DNA of 64,000 nucleotides from a bacterium (GCA_030693325.1 JAUYAV010000019.1:1324-65323), one strand, 5' to 3'; positions 28,246-38,539 are shown, counted from the stretch's first letter. Translations and numbers: made by a program. The notes: a model not told the origin generated them from the sequence alone.

Positions 28246-29790
28246 TTATCTGGTTTCTTCTCTGACTCGGTATTGATAGGCCTCGGCTAAATGGTCGGCG
28301 GTGATTTTTTCCGAATTTTCAAAATCGGCGATGGTCCGGCTGATTTTTAAAATCCGGTAATAACTGCGGCCGGAAAGAAAAGTTTTTTCCAAAACATTTT
28401 TCAAAAAGTTTTCCGCTGAAGCGTCAAAATTAGCCGCGGCTTCCACTTGCTTGGAAGTCATTTCGCTGTTGGTGTAAATTTTCGGCTGGAAATTTTGGAA
28501 ACGCCGGGCTTGGATTTCTCTGGCGGCCGCGATTTTCTCTTTTAAAGTTTTATTGGCTTCGCCGGCTGAGGAATTTTTATTTCTTAATTCGCTGATTTCC
28601 ACCCGCGGCACTTCAATCTGGATATCAATGCGGTCCAGGAGCGGTCCGGAGATTTTTTTTTGATAACGGAAAACATCATAAGCGCTGCAGCGGCATTCTT
28701 TTTGCGGGTCGCCGAAATAACCGCAGGGACAGGGATTCATCGCCGCTATCAGAGAAAAATTTGCCGGAAAAGTCAAAGATTTTTTGGCGCGGCTGATATT
28801 AATAAATCCGTTTTCAAGCGGCTGGCGCAGGCTTTCCAAAAGGTCGCGGTGGAATTCCGGAAATTCATCTAAAAATAACAGGCCGCGGTGGGCCAAACTG
28901 ATTTCTCCGGGTCTGGGATTGGTTCCGCCGCCGACAAGAGAAACCAAAGAAGAACTGTGATGCGGCGACCGGAAAGGCCGATAATTAATAAAAGAATTTT
29001 TTAAAGATAATCCCGCGGCGGAATAAATTTGATTGATTTCAATGGCTTCGCTTAAAGAAAGCGGCGGCAGAAGAGAAATTAAGGCCTGGGCCATCATGGT
29101 TTTGCCGGTGCCGGGCGGACCGATCATTAAAAGATTGTGGCCGCCTGCCGCGGCGATAGCCATGGCCCGTTTGGCGTTTTCCTGGCCCTTGATATCGCCA
29201 AAATCCGTCAGAGAAAATTGGTTGTCGGGAATAAAATCAGTGGCGGGTTGAGTCGGAATAATCGCCCGGTTTTCCAGATGATTGATTAAGTCGCAAAGAT
29301 TTTTTACGGGAATAACGGAAATTTCTTTAACAATCGCCGCTTCGGCGGCGTTGGCTTCTGGCGCAAAAACATATTTGAAACCCAATTTTTTTGCCAATTG
29401 GGCAATATTCAAACCGCCGTTGATGGGCCGCAGGCCGCCGTCTAACGAAAGTTCGCCCACAAAAATTTTGTCTTTGGTCTCAAACTCTTTGACTTGCTCG
29501 CTGGCTAAAAGATAAGCCAAGGCGATGGCCAAATCAAATTGCGAGCCGGTTTTTTTGATGTCCGCCGGCGCCAGATTAACGGTGATGCGCCGGTTTTCTT
29601 TAGTTGGCGGGTTAATGCCGCTGTTTTTCAAAGCCGAATTAACCCGCTCTTTAGCTTCGGAAACCGCTTTATCCGCCAAACCGACAATATTAAAAGCGTG
29701 GAGACCGACATTGATATCGGTCTCCACTTCAATTAATTCCGCGTTAATACCGTCAAGTTCGGCTGAAAATATTCTGGCCGGGCCTTTCAT
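28246..29790 (-). CDS. comM: YifB/ComM-family Mg-chelatase-like AAA+ ATPase
   Basis: Lon-like N-terminal domain; Walker A GPPGTGKT; 514 aa as typical for ComM. Confidence 0.85.
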   Translation of the reverse strand: MKGPARIFSAELDGINAELIEVETDINVGLHAFNIVGLADKAVSEAKERVNSALKNSGINPPTKENRRITVNLAPADIKKTGSQFDLAIALAYLLASEQVKEFETKDKIFVGELSLDGGLRPINGGLNIAQLAKKLGFKYVFAPEANAAEAAIVKEISVIPVKNLCDLINHLENRAIIPTQPATDFIPDNQFSLTDFGDIKGQENAKRAMAIAAAGGHNLLMIGPPGTGKTMMAQALISLLPPLSLSEAIEINQIYSAAGLSLKNSFINYRPFRSPHHSSSLVSLVGGGTNPRPGEISLAHRGLLFLDEFPEFHRDLLESLRQPLENGFINISRAKKSLTFPANFSLIAAMNPCPCGYFGDPQKECRCSAYDVFRYQKKISGPLLDRIDIQIEVPRVEISELRNKNSSAGEANKTLKEKIAAAREIQARRFQNFQPKIYTNSEMTSKQVEAAANFDASAENFLKNVLEKTFLSGRSYYRILKISRTIADFENSEKITADHLAEAYQYRVREETR

Positions 29791-30123
29791 TTATTTTTTT
29801 ACTAATTTTTTGCATTTTTGGCAAAGCCGGGATGCCGGATAGATTCTTAAAATAATCCAGGAAATTTTTTTGCCGCAACTTTCGCAGATTCCGTATTTGC
29901 CCATTTCTATTTTCTGCAGTGTTTCGTTGATGCCTTCCAGTTTGTTTCTTAAAACCTGCTGGATGCCGAGATGCGTTCCGAATTCTTCAGCTTCGTCGGT
30001 TTCTTCAGCGCCGCGGTCTATCTCATCGCCGAATTCCGGAGGCATAGCCAGGGATTTAATCTCGGTTTCAATCGCTTTCTTTTCTTTCTCCAATTTTGCT
30101 TTTATTGAATTTAATGAAAACAT
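29791..30123 (-). CDS. DksA/TraR-family C4 zinc-finger protein
   Basis: C-terminal CESCGKKI...CQKCKK; coiled-coil N-terminus. Confidence 0.7.
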   Translation of the reverse strand: MFSLNSIKAKLEKEKKAIETEIKSLAMPPEFGDEIDRGAEETDEAEEFGTHLGIQQVLRNKLEGINETLQKIEMGKYGICESCGKKISWIILRIYPASRLCQKCKKLVKK

Positions 30124-30124
30124 T

Positions 30125-31177
30125 TTATTGAAGTTTTTTTAGAATTTCTACAAGACCGGCGTAAGAGGTGCTGATAACAAGTTTATCGTTAACCCAGCCG
30201 TAATTTATAGCCGCTCCGGTTTTGGGAAAAACCAAATAGCGGGTATTAATTGTCGGGTTGCCGGCTTTGCCGTCTTTAAAAACCGCGACAATTGGGCTGG
30301 TGTTTTCAAGAAAGATATTTTGTAAGCTGGCTGATGCTTCTAGGTTTTGTTTCATTGAGGTCTGGGACTGGAATAAAGTGGAACTTGAAGTTAATTGGGC
30401 GACATAGCCGGGCCAGACTCCGTTTTGGTCAACAAAAACCATGGCGGTGAAATTTTCCTGGAAAATCGCGGCGATATCTTCGCTTTTTATTTCTGGCAAA
30501 AGAACGGGAATGAATTTATAGAAAGCGACCAATGATTGGTCCGGGTTCCGTAAAATTACTTCCTTGAGATTATTTGCCTGGGTGGTACTGGCCGCGTCGG
30601 TTAAGGCATTTTTAATATTATCCAAGGTTAGGATGGAAACAATTTTTTCTTCCTGGAGAGTGCTTGTTGTTTTTAACAAAGAAACATATTGGGGCGCGGG
30701 CGTTAGGGCCGGAGCTACTGCTACCGGAGGAATAACGGGAGGCGTTAGGGCCGGAGCCGCGATTTGTTTTTTGTTGATAAAATAATAAATTGCTCCCGCG
30801 GTAATCGCCGCCAAAATCAAAATTATTGAAGTTATTAAAACTTTTGATGTTTTTTTCTTGGGTTTATTTCCTATTTCTGCTTGAGCCGGTTTTTGTTTCG
30901 GCGGAAGAGGGCTGATAATAGCGCCGGGCTGAAAAATCGGTTCTTCGGGTCCGGTATATCCTGAAATATTTGACTCCAGTTCAGCCGGCTGAAAAGAAAT
31001 TTCTTCCGGCGCCGAGGTTTCTTTCTTTTGTCCTTGGCCCAGTTCAGTCGTGTAGGGCTGTGGAGCTTGGCCGCCGCTTTCTTGGATGGAGTTAATATCC
31101 GACTGCATGGTTCGCACACTTACTTTAGAAGGAGGAGGGCCTGGAATTTCTTTTTTTTCTTCAAATTGATTTTCCAT
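30125..31177 (-). CDS. Membrane-anchored Pro-rich hypothetical protein
   Basis: Central TM helix; a PALTPPV repeat encoded by a direct DNA repeat at ~30690..30760. Confidence 0.4.
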   Translation of the reverse strand: MENQFEEKKEIPGPPPSKVSVRTMQSDINSIQESGGQAPQPYTTELGQGQKKETSAPEEISFQPAELESNISGYTGPEEPIFQPGAIISPLPPKQKPAQAEIGNKPKKKTSKVLITSIILILAAITAGAIYYFINKKQIAAPALTPPVIPPVAVAPALTPAPQYVSLLKTTSTLQEEKIVSILTLDNIKNALTDAASTTQANNLKEVILRNPDQSLVAFYKFIPVLLPEIKSEDIAAIFQENFTAMVFVDQNGVWPGYVAQLTSSSTLFQSQTSMKQNLEASASLQNIFLENTSPIVAVFKDGKAGNPTINTRYLVFPKTGAAINYGWVNDKLVISTSYAGLVEILKKLQ

Positions 31178-31208
31178 AAAATTTAAAAGTAATTTTTAGT
31201 AATTTCGA

Positions 31209-33251
31209 CTACTTTAATGATAAACCAATTTTGCCTTCAGGGTCAACGCGGATAACTTTTGCCTTCACCCGGTCGCCGAGCTTGACTACGTCTTCAACTT
31301 TATTCACATATCCTTCTTTCAATTCCGAAACATGAATCATTCCGTCTCTTCCAGCGCCCAAATCCACAATCGCTCCGAAATCCAAAACTCTTATCACTTC
31401 GCCTTCAACAATTTCGCCGACTTTATATTCTTTGACAATAGCTTTTATCTGGTCTAACGCCATTTGAGCCTGTTCTTTATTGGGAGCGGAGATGAAAATT
31501 TTTCCGTCTTGTTCCACGTCAATAGTGGTTTCGCCGCCGGTTGCCTGAACGATGCCCTGAATAACCCGGCCTCCGGGGCCGATCACCGCTCCGATTTTTT
31601 TCGGTTCAATTTCAAAAGTTAAAACTGCCGGAGCGAAAGGAGAGAGTTCCGGCCGGGCCTGGGATAAAGTTTGTTCTATTAGTCCAAGAATTTCGCCGTG
31701 AGCTTTTTGGGCTTGCGCTAAAGTTTTTCCAAAAATTTCTTGATTGATGCCGTCAATTTTGACGTCCATTTGAATGGCGGTTAAACCGTTCCGGGTGCCG
31801 GCCACTTTCAAATCCATATCGCCGTAATGATCTTCCGGTCCTTGAATATCGGTCAAAATTTTATATTGGTTTTCGCCGATTATTAAACCCATGGCGATGC
31901 CAGCCGCAGGTTTTTTTATTGGCACGCCGGCGTCCATCAAAGAAAGCGAACCGGCGCAAACCGAAGCCATGGAGGAAGAGCCGTTGGAAGATAAAATTTC
32001 CGAAACCAACCTAATTGTGTAAGGGAATTCTTCAACCGGCGGAATCAAATAACGAAGAGCTTTTTCCGCCAAAAGTCCGTGTCCGATTTCTCGGCGGCCG
32101 GGACCGCGGGAAGAGCCGGTTTCACCGACCGAGTACGCCGGGAAATTATAATGAAGCATAAAACGTTTTTTTCCGGAAAATTCCATTGATTCCACTAATT
32201 GCTCCGCTCCGGGCGCCGCTAGAGTTGTGATAGCGAGGGATTGAGTGTCGCCTCGGACAAAAAGCGCTGAACCGTGAGTTCTTTTGAAAAGACCGGTTTC
32301 CGCGTAAAGCGGCCGCACTTCGTCCAGTTTTCGGCCATCCGGTCTTTGATCATTTTCTAAAATTTTTTGATGGACGATTTTGTCCACTTCTTCTTCAAGA
32401 ATTTTATCAGCCCAGTCTTTGGCGCCGATTTCTTCTTTTAAATAATCCAAAAGCTCGGCTTTAAGTTCGTCCGAAAGATTATTTCTTTGACTTTTTGAAT
32501 TTTGATAAACGGCTTTTTCCAAACGGTCGCTAAGAAAATCAAGAATTTTCTTTTTGAGTTCTTCCGGCGCTTCCGCTAATTTTAATTCGGCTTTTTCCTG
32601 CCCCAAAGTTTTGATTACTCCTTTTTGAAAAGTGATTAACTCTTTAATTTTTTTCTGGCTGGATTCAAAAAATTCAATAGCGGTGTCGGCGGAAATTTCT
32701 TCGGCGCCGAGTTCAATCATATTGATTTTATCTTCGGTGCCCGCGAAAAAAGCGTCCACCTTGGGCTGGTCTTTAACGATTTTTATGCCGGCTACCGGTC
32801 CGCTCCAGGGAATATTGGAAATCGCCAAAGCCGTTGAAGCGGTTAAAAGCGCGATAAAATCAGGGTCATTTTCTCCGTCATAAGACAAAACCGTGGCTAC
32901 TACCTGAATCGCCCGGCGGATTCTTTGATCAAAAAGCGGCCGGATGGTCCGGTCAATCAAGCGACCGGAAAGAATGGCGCTATCCGAGGCCCTGCCTTCG
33001 CGGCGGATAAAACGGCTGCCGCCAATTTTTCCGGCGGCATAAAATTTTTCTTCGTAATCAACCACGAGCGGCAAATAATTTTTGAGTTCGTCATTTTTGC
33101 CCATCACTACGGTAACCAAAACCGCGGTGTCGCCGTATTTTCCCAAAACGGCGGCGTTGGCTTGGCATCCGAGGTCGGATACTTCCAAACTTAAGTTTTT
33201 GTTTTCAAATTCAGTTTGAAAAACTTGTTTTTTAAATTCTTTTATCGTCAT
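31209..33251 (-). CDS. pnp: Polyribonucleotide nucleotidyltransferase (PNPase)
   Basis: 680 aa; two RNase PH domains + KH + S1 (C-terminal EGEVIRVLDFGAIVDLGAGRDGMIHVSEL); rpsO-pnp synteny. Confidence 0.93.
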   Translation of the reverse strand: MTIKEFKKQVFQTEFENKNLSLEVSDLGCQANAAVLGKYGDTAVLVTVVMGKNDELKNYLPLVVDYEEKFYAAGKIGGSRFIRREGRASDSAILSGRLIDRTIRPLFDQRIRRAIQVVATVLSYDGENDPDFIALLTASTALAISNIPWSGPVAGIKIVKDQPKVDAFFAGTEDKINMIELGAEEISADTAIEFFESSQKKIKELITFQKGVIKTLGQEKAELKLAEAPEELKKKILDFLSDRLEKAVYQNSKSQRNNLSDELKAELLDYLKEEIGAKDWADKILEEEVDKIVHQKILENDQRPDGRKLDEVRPLYAETGLFKRTHGSALFVRGDTQSLAITTLAAPGAEQLVESMEFSGKKRFMLHYNFPAYSVGETGSSRGPGRREIGHGLLAEKALRYLIPPVEEFPYTIRLVSEILSSNGSSSMASVCAGSLSLMDAGVPIKKPAAGIAMGLIIGENQYKILTDIQGPEDHYGDMDLKVAGTRNGLTAIQMDVKIDGINQEIFGKTLAQAQKAHGEILGLIEQTLSQARPELSPFAPAVLTFEIEPKKIGAVIGPGGRVIQGIVQATGGETTIDVEQDGKIFISAPNKEQAQMALDQIKAIVKEYKVGEIVEGEVIRVLDFGAIVDLGAGRDGMIHVSELKEGYVNKVEDVVKLGDRVKAKVIRVDPEGKIGLSLK

Positions 33252-33763
33252 TAAACTTGTTTTTTGAGTAAAATTTTAGGAATGTCTTCCACCGCGGTGA
33301 AAGAATCAGCGTGTTCCTTAAGAGAGCCGGAAGTGGTTTTGCTGAAAGCGGCGACCTCAACTTGCTTTCCCAAACCCCATTTCAGATATTCAATCAAAGG
33401 CACAAAATCGCCGTCTCCCGTCACCAAAATCACCACATCCATGGAATCAGCCATTCTGATGGCGTCTACCGCCAAACCTACGTCCCAATCGGCTTTTTTT
33501 TGCCCTCCCGGATAAATCTGGAGGTCTTTAGTTCTTAATTCCAGGCCCATCTGGCTCAACGCTTCAAAAAATGATTTTTCGCCCAAAGCGGTCTCACTTT
33601 TGACCACGTAAGCCACCGCCCGGATAAGTTTGCGGTTGCCGACTAAGGTTCTAATTAGTTCTTTGAAATTAACCCGCGCCCGGTAAAGATTTTTAGCCGA
33701 ATGATAAAGATTTTGGATATCAATAAAAACACCTACTCGTTGGTCCTTATAAGCTATAGACAT
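33251..33763 (-). CDS. NYN-domain (LabA/YacP-like) protein
   Basis: VGVFIDIQNLY...VILVTGDGDFVPLI acidic-residue pattern of NYN ribonuclease-like domains. Confidence 0.6.
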   Translation of the reverse strand: MSIAYKDQRVGVFIDIQNLYHSAKNLYRARVNFKELIRTLVGNRKLIRAVAYVVKSETALGEKSFFEALSQMGLELRTKDLQIYPGGQKKADWDVGLAVDAIRMADSMDVVILVTGDGDFVPLIEYLKWGLGKQVEVAAFSKTTSGSLKEHADSFTAVEDIPKILLKKQV

Positions 33764-33765
33764 TA

Positions 33766-34029
33766 TTATTTAAGATTTAATTCTTTAAAAATTTGGCCGC
33801 AGGTTTCTTTTTTATTTTTTCGCAGATAATCCATGAATCTTTTTCTTTGGCCGACCATTCTCAAAAGTCCCCGGCGGGAATGATGATCCTTGGGGCTGGT
33901 TTTTAAATGACCGATTAACTCTTCAATTTTTTTGGTCAAAAGTCCGACCTGAACTTCCGCCGAACCCGTGTCCGTTTCTTTCAATTGAAGTTTTCTGATA
34001 ATATTAATTCTCACTTGTTTCTTTAACAT
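33766..34029 (-). CDS. rpsO: 30S ribosomal protein S15
   Basis: 87 aa; ...HLKTSPKDHHSRRGLLRMVGQRKRFMDYL. Confidence 0.9.
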   Translation of the reverse strand: MLKKQVRINIIRKLQLKETDTGSAEVQVGLLTKKIEELIGHLKTSPKDHHSRRGLLRMVGQRKRFMDYLRKNKKETCGQIFKELNLK

Positions 34030-34134
34030 TATAGGTATTATATAATAGAGTTGCTCAAAGTCAAATTTTCCGCTAAAATTCAGTATTGTTTTTATGTAAT
34101 TTAGTTTTTTAAAGTGTTTGAAAATTGTGGTAAT

Positions 34135-34207
34135 GGCCCCATCATCTAGTGGTTAGGATATTGGGTTTTCATCCCAAAAACACCGGTTCGACTCCGGTTG
34201 GGGCTAC
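34135..34207 (+). tRNA. tRNA-Glu (TTC)
   Basis: Cloverleaf: acceptor ggcccca/tggggct; anticodon stem ttggg/cccaa with loop ttTTCat; T-loop ttcgact. No encoded CCA. Confidence 0.8.
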
Positions 34208-34217
34208 TATAAAATTT

Positions 34218-34730
34218 ATGGACGATATAAAACTCAATAAAAATATCAGAAGAGAAACTAAGGCCGACAATGAAATCACCTGGCAAGCGCCGGCTTTCAA
34301 GTATTACCACAAAGATGTTTCCTGGTATTGGATGAGTTTTATTATTGCCATTTTATTAATGGCCTTTGCCATTCTTCAGAAAAATTTTCTTTTCGCCGTT
34401 TTCATTTTTCTGGCGGAAATTTCGGTTTTAATTTTAGCCCGTCGCCAGCCGGAATTGCTTAAATTTAAAATTGACGATAAAGGCGTTACCGTCATTGATA
34501 AAACTTATCAATTTAACGATTTGGAAAAATTTTGTCTCCGGCCCGATATGGAAGACAAGAATTTTGAGGAGCTAATCCTTAAAAGGAAAACTCATTTTAA
34601 TCCTTATTTAAAGATTTTTATTGATATTAAAGTTTCTTCTCAGGTCCGCGATATTCTCAGCCAAAAATTAACAGAAGAAGAATATGAGGATTCTTTAATT
34701 GAAAGTATTTTCAAGTGGCTGAGGTTTTAA
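34218..34730 (+). CDS. Two-TM hypothetical membrane protein
   Basis: Start set at the ATG at 34218 (MDDIKLNK...), because the longer track ORF overlaps tRNA-Glu. Confidence 0.45.
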   Translation: MDDIKLNKNIRRETKADNEITWQAPAFKYYHKDVSWYWMSFIIAILLMAFAILQKNFLFAVFIFLAEISVLILARRQPELLKFKIDDKGVTVIDKTYQFNDLEKFCLRPDMEDKNFEELILKRKTHFNPYLKIFIDIKVSSQVRDILSQKLTEEEYEDSLIESIFKWLRF

Positions 34731-34821
34731 GGCCGGATTTGACAACAATTTCGCAGTTGCTATCATAAAAGCATTATTAAAGGTCGCCTCGAAGGGCGAC
34801 TATTTTTATAAAAAAATAAAA

Positions 34822-36069
34822 ATGGATTTAAAAACTTTAGGTTCGGCTGTCAATCAGATTGCCGAGGAAAGAGGAATTGAGCCAAAAGAGGTCTTGTCTG
34901 GCATTGAAGAAGCAATCGCCGCGGCTTATAAAAAGCAATATCGGGAGCGCTCGGAAATCATCAAATCAAAATTTAGTTTGAAAACCGGAGCCCTGAATTT
35001 CTGGCAGGTAAAAATTGTTGTCGACGAGACCACAGTCAGAATAGAAGAAGCCGTGCCGGGAGAAGTTGCGCCCCGTTTTTTTGACCCGAGCCAGGAAGAA
35101 GAAAAGCCCAGATACAATCCCAGCCGGCATATTCTATTAGATGAAGCTAAAAAAATTAAGAAAGACGCGGTTATTGGCGAGGAATTGGAATTCCCCTTGG
35201 AAGAACACGAGGACTTCGGCCGTATTGCCGCTCAAACCGCCAAACAGGTGATTCTTCAAAAATTGAAAGAATCCGAACGGGAAGCGGTCCGCGTTGAGTT
35301 CCAGGGCAAAGAAGGTGAGGTTATGAGCGGCGTTGTCCAGCGTTTTGACCGCGGCAATGTTTACGTTGAGTTGGGCCGCGCTATCGGCATTATGTTTCCC
35401 AATGAATGTATCCCCGGCGAACATTATCGCATCAATGAGCGCTTGAGATTTCTTGTTTTGGCGGTTCAGGAAGACGCCAAACTGCCGGGCATCATTCTTT
35501 CAAGAAGCCATCCCAAATTCGTTGCTAAGCTTTTTGAGCTGGAAGTTCCGGAAATCGCCGAAGGAACAGTTGAAATAAAAGAAATGGCGCGGGAAGCAGG
35601 CCACCGCACTAAAGTCGCGGTTTATTCCAAAGAAGAAAAAGTTGACCCGGTGGGAAGCTTGGTGGGCCAGCGGGGCATGCGGGTGATGGCCGTGACTAAT
35701 GAACTGGGCAATGAAAAAATTGACATTATTGAATGGGCGCCGGAAACCGAAAAATTCATCGCCAATTCTTTTTCGCCGGCCAAAGTGATTTCGGTTGAAG
35801 TTTTGCCGCGGCGCGAAGCCCGGGTTTTCGTGGCCGAAGACCAATTGAGTTTGGCTTTGGGTAAAGGCGGCGAAAACGTGCGTCTGGCCGCCAAATTAAC
35901 TGGCTGGAGACTTGACGTTCGTTCCCAGTCCCGACCCGAAGAAATCCAGGCGGAAGGCGTGGCTGAAATTGAAGAAGCGATGGAAGAAGCTCCGGACGGA
36001 GAAGCCCCAAAAGAAACAAAAATTTCTGAACCGGTTGAAGAAACCGAAAAACTTGAGAAAACCGAATAA
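34822..36069 (+). CDS. nusA: Transcription termination/antitermination factor NusA
   Basis: N-terminal RNAP-binding domain, then S1 and two KH domains (GxxG), then an acidic tail; 415 aa. Confidence 0.88.
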   Translation: MDLKTLGSAVNQIAEERGIEPKEVLSGIEEAIAAAYKKQYRERSEIIKSKFSLKTGALNFWQVKIVVDETTVRIEEAVPGEVAPRFFDPSQEEEKPRYNPSRHILLDEAKKIKKDAVIGEELEFPLEEHEDFGRIAAQTAKQVILQKLKESEREAVRVEFQGKEGEVMSGVVQRFDRGNVYVELGRAIGIMFPNECIPGEHYRINERLRFLVLAVQEDAKLPGIILSRSHPKFVAKLFELEVPEIAEGTVEIKEMAREAGHRTKVAVYSKEEKVDPVGSLVGQRGMRVMAVTNELGNEKIDIIEWAPETEKFIANSFSPAKVISVEVLPRREARVFVAEDQLSLALGKGGENVRLAAKLTGWRLDVRSQSRPEEIQAEGVAEIEEAMEEAPDGEAPKETKISEPVEETEKLEKTE

Positions 36070-36109
36070 TTGCGTTAAGAATAAAAATTAACTAAAATAG
36101 ATTAATCAG

Positions 36110-36152
36110 AAATTACAGCAATTACTGTAATTACAGTAATTACGGAAATTAA
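36110..36152. repeat. GTAATTAC palindromic 9-mer array (nusA/clpP spacer)
   Basis: aaattacagcaattactgtaattacagtaattacggaaattaat, ending just before the clpP ATG. Confidence 0.8.
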
Positions 36153-36153
36153 T

Positions 36154-36780
36154 ATGAACAAAAAAACAATCAATCAACAAGAGGAAGAGGTTTTTAATCA
36201 GTATTTAATCCCGACCGTCATTGAAAAAGTTCCCGGCGGCGAGCGGGCTTATGATATTTATTCCCGTTTACTGAAAGAAAGAATTATTTTTTTGGCCGGG
36301 CCCATCAACGATGCCGTGGCTAATATAGTTATCGCCCAGCTTTTGTTTTTACAACATGAAGACCCCAAAAAAGACATCAGTCTCTATATAAACAGTCCGG
36401 GCGGTTCAGCCACCGCCGCTATGGCGATTTATGACACCATGCAGCACGTCAAGCCGGACGTTTCCACAATTTGTGTCGGGATGGCCGCCTCAGCCGCCGC
36501 GATTATTTTGGCTGCCGGCCAAAAAGGCAAAAGAATGGCCTTGCCTAATTCCGAAATTTTAATTCACCAGGTGATGGGCGGAGTCGAAGGTCAGGCCACC
36601 GAAGTTCAGATTGCCGCCAAACATATCCTTCTGGTCAAAAATCGTCTTAACCAAATTTTAGCCAAACACACCGGCCAGCCTATAGGCAAAATCGAAAAAG
36701 ACACCGACCGCGATTTTTTTCTTAATCCTCAGGAAGCGAGGGAATACGGTTTGATAGATCAAATTATCAAGACAAAATAA
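36154..36780 (+). CDS. clpP: ATP-dependent Clp protease proteolytic subunit
   Basis: Catalytic-Ser context [11 protein letters not shown]; His context LIHQVMGG; 208 aa. Confidence 0.92.
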   Translation: MNKKTINQQEEEVFNQYLIPTVIEKVPGGERAYDIYSRLLKERIIFLAGPINDAVANIVIAQLLFLQHEDPKKDISLYINSPGGSATAAMAIYDTMQHVKPDVSTICVGMAASAAAIILAAGQKGKRMALPNSEILIHQVMGGVEGQATEVQIAAKHILLVKNRLNQILAKHTGQPIGKIEKDTDRDFFLNPQEAREYGLIDQIIKTK

Positions 36781-36857
36781 AAAATCATAAATCATGAAGC
36801 ATGGAGCGTAAAGCATAAAGCGCTTTTTCATGTTCTATGCTTCATGTTCCATGTTTT

Positions 36858-37682
36858 ATGTTCTATTATCTCAACGGAAAAATTGTTGAAAAAGACAAGG
36901 CCGTCATTCCAGTCAACGACCTCGGCCTGCTACGGGCTTACGGTGTTTTTGATTATTTAAAAACTTACAACCGGAGACCTTTTCATTCAGAAGACCATAT
37001 TAATCGGTTTTTCCGTTCCGCTTCCCGCTTTAATCTGAAAATTCCGGTTTCCAAAAAAGAATTACAGCGGATTATTTTTGAATTGCTCGCCAGGAATAAA
37101 TCTTTGGAAGAATTGAGTTTCCGGATGGTTTTGACCGGCGGCCAAACCGAAGACACCAAGACCTCCAAAAAACCCACCTTTTTTATTCTTGTTAACGAAG
37201 CCCATTCGTATCCCGAAGAAGTTTTTGAAAAGGGAATAAAATTGGCGACTCTGGATTACGGCCGGGAATTTCCGGAAATAAAAACCATTAATTATCTTTT
37301 GGCGGTTTCGCAATGGAAAAATATTTTGAAGAAAAAGGCTTCTGAAATTCTTTATATTTCCAAAGGAAAAGTTCTGGAGGCCTCCACTTCCAATTTCTTT
37401 ATGGTGAAAAATAAAGTTTTATTCACGCCGAAAAACGAAATTTTAGAAGGAGTCACCAGAAAATTAGTCATCAAACTGGCCAAAGAAAACAAAATCAAAG
37501 TTATTGAAAAAGATATTTCTTTGAAAGAAGTTTTAAAAGCCGATGAATGTTTTCTTACCGCTACCGACAAAGAAGTTTTGCCGGCAGTTAAAATTGATAA
37601 TCAAATTATCGGTAACGGCCGGCCCGGCGAACAAACCAAAAAACTCCTAAACTTATATAGAGAACTTAGAGATAATTTTTGA
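36858..37682 (+). CDS. Class IV aminotransferase (branched-chain / D-amino-acid aminotransferase family)
   Basis: Fold-type IV PLP-enzyme pattern (RAYGVFDY...; EASTSNFF). Start set at the second ATG, after the hairpin at 36790..36850. Confidence 0.7.
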   Translation: MFYYLNGKIVEKDKAVIPVNDLGLLRAYGVFDYLKTYNRRPFHSEDHINRFFRSASRFNLKIPVSKKELQRIIFELLARNKSLEELSFRMVLTGGQTEDTKTSKKPTFFILVNEAHSYPEEVFEKGIKLATLDYGREFPEIKTINYLLAVSQWKNILKKKASEILYISKGKVLEASTSNFFMVKNKVLFTPKNEILEGVTRKLVIKLAKENKIKVIEKDISLKEVLKADECFLTATDKEVLPAVKIDNQIIGNGRPGEQTKKLLNLYRELRDNF

Positions 37683-37752
37683 GCGGGTAACGGGAGTCGA
37701 ACCCGTGTTGTCTGATTGGCAACCAGACGTAATACCGTTATACGATACCCGC
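37682..37752 (-). tRNA. tRNA-Gly (GCC)
   Basis: Minus-strand cloverleaf: acceptor gcgggta/tacccgc; anticodon loop ttGCCaa; T-arm acggg-ttcgact-cccgt. Confidence 0.8.
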
Positions 37753-37801
37753 GTTTTCTTCTAATTGTTTGGCGGCACGCTTAGCGCGCCGTTTGCCACG
37801 C

Positions 37802-37999
37802 TTAGCGTGGCGATTGCTCCGTTGGTCCCTTTACCGAAGGAGCTCCGTCCGGACCTTTAAAGCCAGACGTTTCATTTTGGTTTTCCGGCGCCGGGACAGA
37901 TTTCTCTGCGGCGGTTTTCAACGACTGCGGCGTAAAAAAGAAATACAGGCCCAGCAAAACTATCAGAATAATAATATAAATAATAATTCTTTTCCACAT
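37802..37999 (-). CDS. Small single-TM protein (65 aa, hypothetical)
   Basis: MWKRIIIYIIILIVLLGLYFFF... hydrophobic helix; weak support. Confidence 0.3.
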   Translation of the reverse strand: MWKRIIIYIIILIVLLGLYFFFTPQSLKTAAEKSVPAPENQNETSGFKGPDGAPSVKGPTEQSPR

Positions 38000-38041
38000 A
38001 GTAGTTGATTATACCAATTCCGGATTTTTCTGAAAAGGCGC

Positions 38042-38066
38042 GGGGGTTGACCCCGTTAGAAGTCTA
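38042..38066. repeat. Inverted-repeat element arm GGGGGTTGACCCCGTTAGAAGTCTA (identical to 4112..4136)
   Basis: Exact 25-mer repeat; the partner arm GACTTCTAACGGGGTTGACA at 38169..38188 gives a 14-bp inverted repeat flanking ~100 bp. Confidence 0.8.
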
Positions 38067-38168
38067 TCAAATTCTGAGTTCAGTAATAATTAGCTGAGTC
38101 TTGCCTGAAATGGAAATTTAATTCATTATTCAGGAATAGAAAAAATTTATTAAATTTTTTCTGTCCAA

Positions 38169-38215
38169 GACTTCTAACGGGGTTGACAAAAATTTTATTT
38201 TTACTATACTATAAA
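38169..38215 (+). promoter_or_regulatory. Repeat arm with TTGACA -35 and downstream TATACT -10-like box
   Basis: gacttctaacggggTTGACAaaaattttatttttacTATACTat. Confidence 0.45.
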
Positions 38216-38271
38216 AATTATATAGATCTTTAAAAATTTTAAACTATCCGTTTTAAACGAAAGGAGAAAAG

Positions 38272-38508
38272 ATGAAAAAGCCGAACCTTAATTTAAATGA
38301 GAGTGAAATTCATCAAATACTGGGAGGTGAAAAAATAGAAGAAATTTGCAACCGTCATTTACTTGCAGGCAATGAGAAAAAAACGATTAATCTTTTTTTT
38401 CAGGAAATCAGATTAAATAATTTAGAAAGGGCGAAGAGGGTCATTGCGGACATTTCTGATTTAATCAGTTTTCCGAAAAAAGAGAAAACCAAAATTAGCT
38501 GTTCTTAA
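38272..38508 (+). CDS. Small protein with double-glycine-type leader (candidate bacteriocin/pheromone precursor)
   Basis: Strong RBS aaaggagaaaagATG. N-terminus MKKPNLNLNESEIHQILGG matches the LSxxELxxIxGG leader consensus. Hairpin terminator follows. Confidence 0.5.
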   Translation: MKKPNLNLNESEIHQILGGEKIEEICNRHLLAGNEKKTINLFFQEIRLNNLERAKRVIADISDLISFPKKEKTKISCS

Positions 38509-38539
38509 AAGGCGCTTCAGTGTTTTAAAATGGAATTTC

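Noticed and set aside
30564-30785. Direct repeat ggcgttagggccggagc x2 as a separate feature
   Set aside because: It simply encodes the PALTPPV repeat in the 30125..31177 protein. Noted in that feature rather than called separately.
34149-34217. ORF start overlapping tRNA-Glu
   Set aside because: The sequence folds as a canonical tRNA, so the CDS start was moved to the ATG at 34218.
36785-36857. Upstream ATG (36837) of the aminotransferase ORF
   Set aside because: The first 21 nt lie inside a strong hairpin (catgaagcatgg...ccatgttccatg) that looks like the clpP terminator. The downstream ATG at 36858 was preferred.
37769-38008. 79-aa Arg-rich plus-strand ORF MAARLARRLPRLAWRLL
   Set aside because: Generated by the ACGCTTAGCGT palindromes. 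It overlaps the more plausible small TM ORF on the other strand, and that one is itself weak.
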